From contig DGAU01000003.1 in the NCBI GenBank assembly GCA_002384055.1, positions 5,931-69,930 of the forward strand: 64,000 nt of DNA, written 5' to 3'. Within the stretch, counting starts at the first letter, position 1. The number at the start of each line of letters is the position of its first letter. This document shows positions 62,701-64,000 of this stretch, in pieces. Both the position numbers and the translations under genes were made by a program. This stretch comes from Flavobacteriaceae bacterium UBA4022. GTDB lineage: Bacteria > Bacteroidota > Bacteroidia > Flavobacteriales > Flavobacteriaceae. The notes below the pieces were generated by a model. The model was not told where the DNA came from. It searched no databases and worked only from the letters and a program-made list of their open reading frames with translations.

Positions 62701-64000
62701 CAACGCCACATCATGTTTTTGTGCCAATTCAATGAGCACTTCATTAGCGCGCTCTTCGTCTTCTTGGCCATGTCGCATGACTTCGACATATAAATCACCG
62801 CCAAATTGTGATTTCCACCAAAGCAGAGCCTCTTCAGCCTGCAACGTGCCTATATTGAGTATTTTTGAGGGGACCTCGCCATAGAGGTTACCGGTCAATA
62901 CGATAAGATCATCCTTGTACTGCGAGACAATAGCCTTATCTATGCGCGGGACATAGTAAAATCCTTCGGTAAAGGCCATCGAAGACATCTTTGCCAAATT
63001 GTGGTAACCCTTTTTGTTCTTGGCCAAAAACACCACCTGATACCCATTGTCCTTAAATGACTTATTTTTGTGGTCCTCACAAACAAAAAATTCACATCCG
63101 ACAATAGCTTTAAGAGGCTGCTTGTCCGATTCTAATTCAATGGATTTATTGTATTGCCCCACTTGTTGCAAGAAATGAAACGCCCCCATCATATTCCCTG
63201 TATCAGTCAAGGCTACAGCGGGCATATCTGCAGATACAGCTGCCTTTATAAGATCTTGTGTCGATGAAGTAGACTGAAGAATCGAAAACTGTGAATGATT
63301 GTGTAAATGGGCAAAGGACCATTCTGCCATTGAGTCAATGTCTGGGACGTCGCCCATTTCGGGGGTGTCCTGGATGGTGTTTTCCGAGTCGAGATTTCTT
63401 AGATTTTTAGACGCATCCTTGAGATTGACATGCTTCAGACCAACAGGCGCGACTTCTTTTGGCTGTGCCTGGGTAAACCGACCAAAAAATTCGGGAGACT
63501 GCTTCTCAATATCTTCTCTAAAATAGCCCCGTCTTGTCAGCTCCAGAAAACAACGGGTTGTTGCCGCTACATCTGCCGTGGCGTTATGTGCCTCTGCAAA
63601 ACTTTGGTCAAATAAAAACTGGTGTAACTCGGTAAGGGTCGGCAATTTATAACGACCACCGCGACCCCCTGGAATCTGGCAGAGTTGTGCCGTAACTTCG
63701 GTACAGGTATCGAGAATTACTTTGTCTTTAAATTGGTCAAAAAATCCCGCACGGTAAAATTCGCAACCGACAATATTGAGGTCAAAATTTATGTTTTGGC
63801 CCACCACAAACACCGCCTGTTCCATCACGGTCTTGAAGCGACTGAGCACCTGCGCTAAAGGCAATCCTTGTTGCGCCGCCAATTCGGTGGAAATGCCATG
63901 GATACGCTCACTATCATAAGGAATGTCATAGCCTTCGGGCTGGATCAAATAATCTTGATGCTCGATAAGCACCCCATTGATATCGTGCAACTGCCAAGCA
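59746..64000 (-). CDS. dnaE: DNA polymerase III alpha subunit (DnaE) with N-terminal DnaQ-like 3'-5' exonuclease domain; 5' end beyond window
   Basis: The frame stays open to nt 64000, and the track start at 63990 is a TTG. Exo motifs GQNINFDLNIV and HNATADVAAT. Then a PHP domain (FAHLHNHSQFSILQS), polymerase core (GPGRGSAAGS, DIDIDF, GLLKMDFLGLKTL) and a C-terminal OB region. Confidence 0.9.
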   Translation of the reverse strand, partial: AWQLHDINGVLIEHQDYLIQPEGYDIPYDSERIHGISTELAAQQGLPLAQVLSRFKTVMEQAVFVVGQNINFDLNIVGCEFYRAGFFDQFKDKVILDTCTEVTAQLCQIPGGRGGRYKLPTLTELHQFLFDQSFAEAHNATADVAATTRCFLELTRRGYFREDIEKQSPEFFGRFTQAQPKEVAPVGLKHVNLKDASKNLRNLDSENTIQDTPEMGDVPDIDSMAEWSFAHLHNHSQFSILQSTSSTQDLIKAAVSADMPAVALTDTGNMMGAFHFLQQVGQYNKSIELESDKQPLKAIVGCEFFVCEDHKNKSFKDNGYQVVFLAKNKKGYHNLAKMSSMAFTEGFYYVPRIDKAIVSQYKDDLIVLTGNLYGEVPSKILNIGTLQAEEALLWWKSQFGGDLYVEVMRHGQEDEERANEVLIELAQKHDVALVATNNTYYISKEDANAHDILLCVKDGEKQLTPIGKGRGTRYGLPNQEYYFKSSNEMKALFADQPQAIENISEIINKIEPFTLFRDVLLPKFAIPEDFLDPQDEQDQGKRGENAYLKHLTFEGAKKRYPELTPEIEDRLKFELSVIENTGYPGYFLIVQDFIAEARKMEVSVGPGRGSAAGSAVAYCLWITNIDPIKYDLLFERFLNPDRVSLPDIDIDFDDEGRSRVMDYVIQKYGANQVAQIITYGTMAAKSSIRDTARVLDLPLHEADRIAKLIPNMSKLKHIFSSTPQEWRTKYRADDVPKVAELVALSEAEDLGAQTINQARVLEGSVRNTGIHACGVIITPDDITNYVPIATAKDSDLYVTQFDNAVVENAGLLKMDFLGLKTLTLIKDTVKLVYHKHGITLDPDDFPLDDDKTYALFQNGDTVGIFQYESPGMQKHLKDLKPTVFADLIAMNALYRPGPMEYIPSFVRRKHGEEDISYDLPEMEGYLKETYGITVYQEQVMLLSQKLAGFTKGEADVLRKAMGKKQKAVLDKMKPKFIKQAEQNNHPAEILEKIWKDWEAFASYAFNKSHSTCYAWIAYQTAYLKANYPAEYMAAVLSNNMNDMKQVTFFMEECRRMGLQVLGPDVNESFYKFTVNDNGVIRFGMGAVKGVGSSAVETIVANRKKERYKSIFDLSKRIDLRSANKKAFENLILAGGFDSFDTHRAQYMQDEGDGVCFYEKVLRFAAKYQESQNSSQVSLFGSASEVQIPEPDLPFAEPWGAIKKLKQEKEVVGIYISGHPLDEFRTEMTEFCNVKVAHCQDLLPYTNREIAFGGIISGVEHRVTRQGKEWGLFLLEDYDDSYEFRIFGEEYLKFRHFLKIDAFLYIKAFVKEGWVNRDTGKKGEPRLQYNHFQLLHDVLETLAKKITFKVPIDGLDQAYIDTLKKVVKKHKGTKGVYLSVFDREESVHLSMSSRKSKVLINRALIETLTKEQVYFKLN

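Noticed and set aside
1-64000. Screen for CRISPR arrays, rRNA genes and large dispersed repeats.
   Set aside because: I noticed no regularly spaced repeat-spacer structure and no rRNA-like sequence. The only multi-copy element I could verify by eye is the tRNA-Asp 3' end plus terminator repeat.

Overview
This 64-kb window looks like chromosome from a marine-type Bacteroidota, probably Flavobacteriia. Supporting signs are a SusC/SusD pair, many lipoprotein signals, T9SS C-terminal sorting domains, TAnnTTTG -7 boxes, a mevalonate-pathway cluster and a homospermidine-type polyamine operon. All calls rest on reading the sequence and ORF translations against remembered family motifs; no database search was run.

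Layout:
- 1-16.8 kb: a translationally coupled SusC/SusD operon with no recognisable glycoside hydrolase. It instead carries three tandem ~1100-aa FG-GAP + ASPIC/UnbV (CRTAC1-like) lipoproteins, a PAP2/vanadate-type haloperoxidase-like lipoprotein and a GyrI-like protein.
- 17-20.9 kb: MFS symporter, fructokinase and Na+/solute symporter.
- 21.0-27.7 kb: an arsenosugar-type cluster (AhpD-like protein, radical-SAM ArsS, rhodanese, DUF2064, purine nucleoside phosphorylase, ArsM-like methyltransferase, fatty-acid hydroxylase, DUF547, GT2). It continues to 31.4 kb with a CC-motif membrane protein, two more GT2 enzymes and an LpxR-like protein.
- 31-52 kb: housekeeping genes, including M28 peptidase, TolB-like protein, speA-speB-deoxyhypusine-synthase-like operon, RluB-like synthase with Gly in place of the catalytic Asp, UbiA/mevalonate genes, a His-rich repeat protein, tRNA-Leu, M20 peptidase, PhnA, HemW and RuvC.
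- 52.0-58.15 kb: a patchy low-GC islet at tRNA-Asp(GTC). It is bounded by a perfect 122-nt direct repeat (tRNA 3' end plus terminator), with a third diverged copy in the middle. It holds a REP / truncated-RAYT / REP relic, small membrane-protein genes, a T9SS FG-GAP protein, orphan T9SS-tail fragments and an OafA-like acyltransferase. No integrase is present.
- 58.3-64 kb: DUF58, trxA, and dnaE with an N-terminal exonuclease domain, cut by the window edge.

No CRISPR array, rRNA or intact transposase/integrase was seen.
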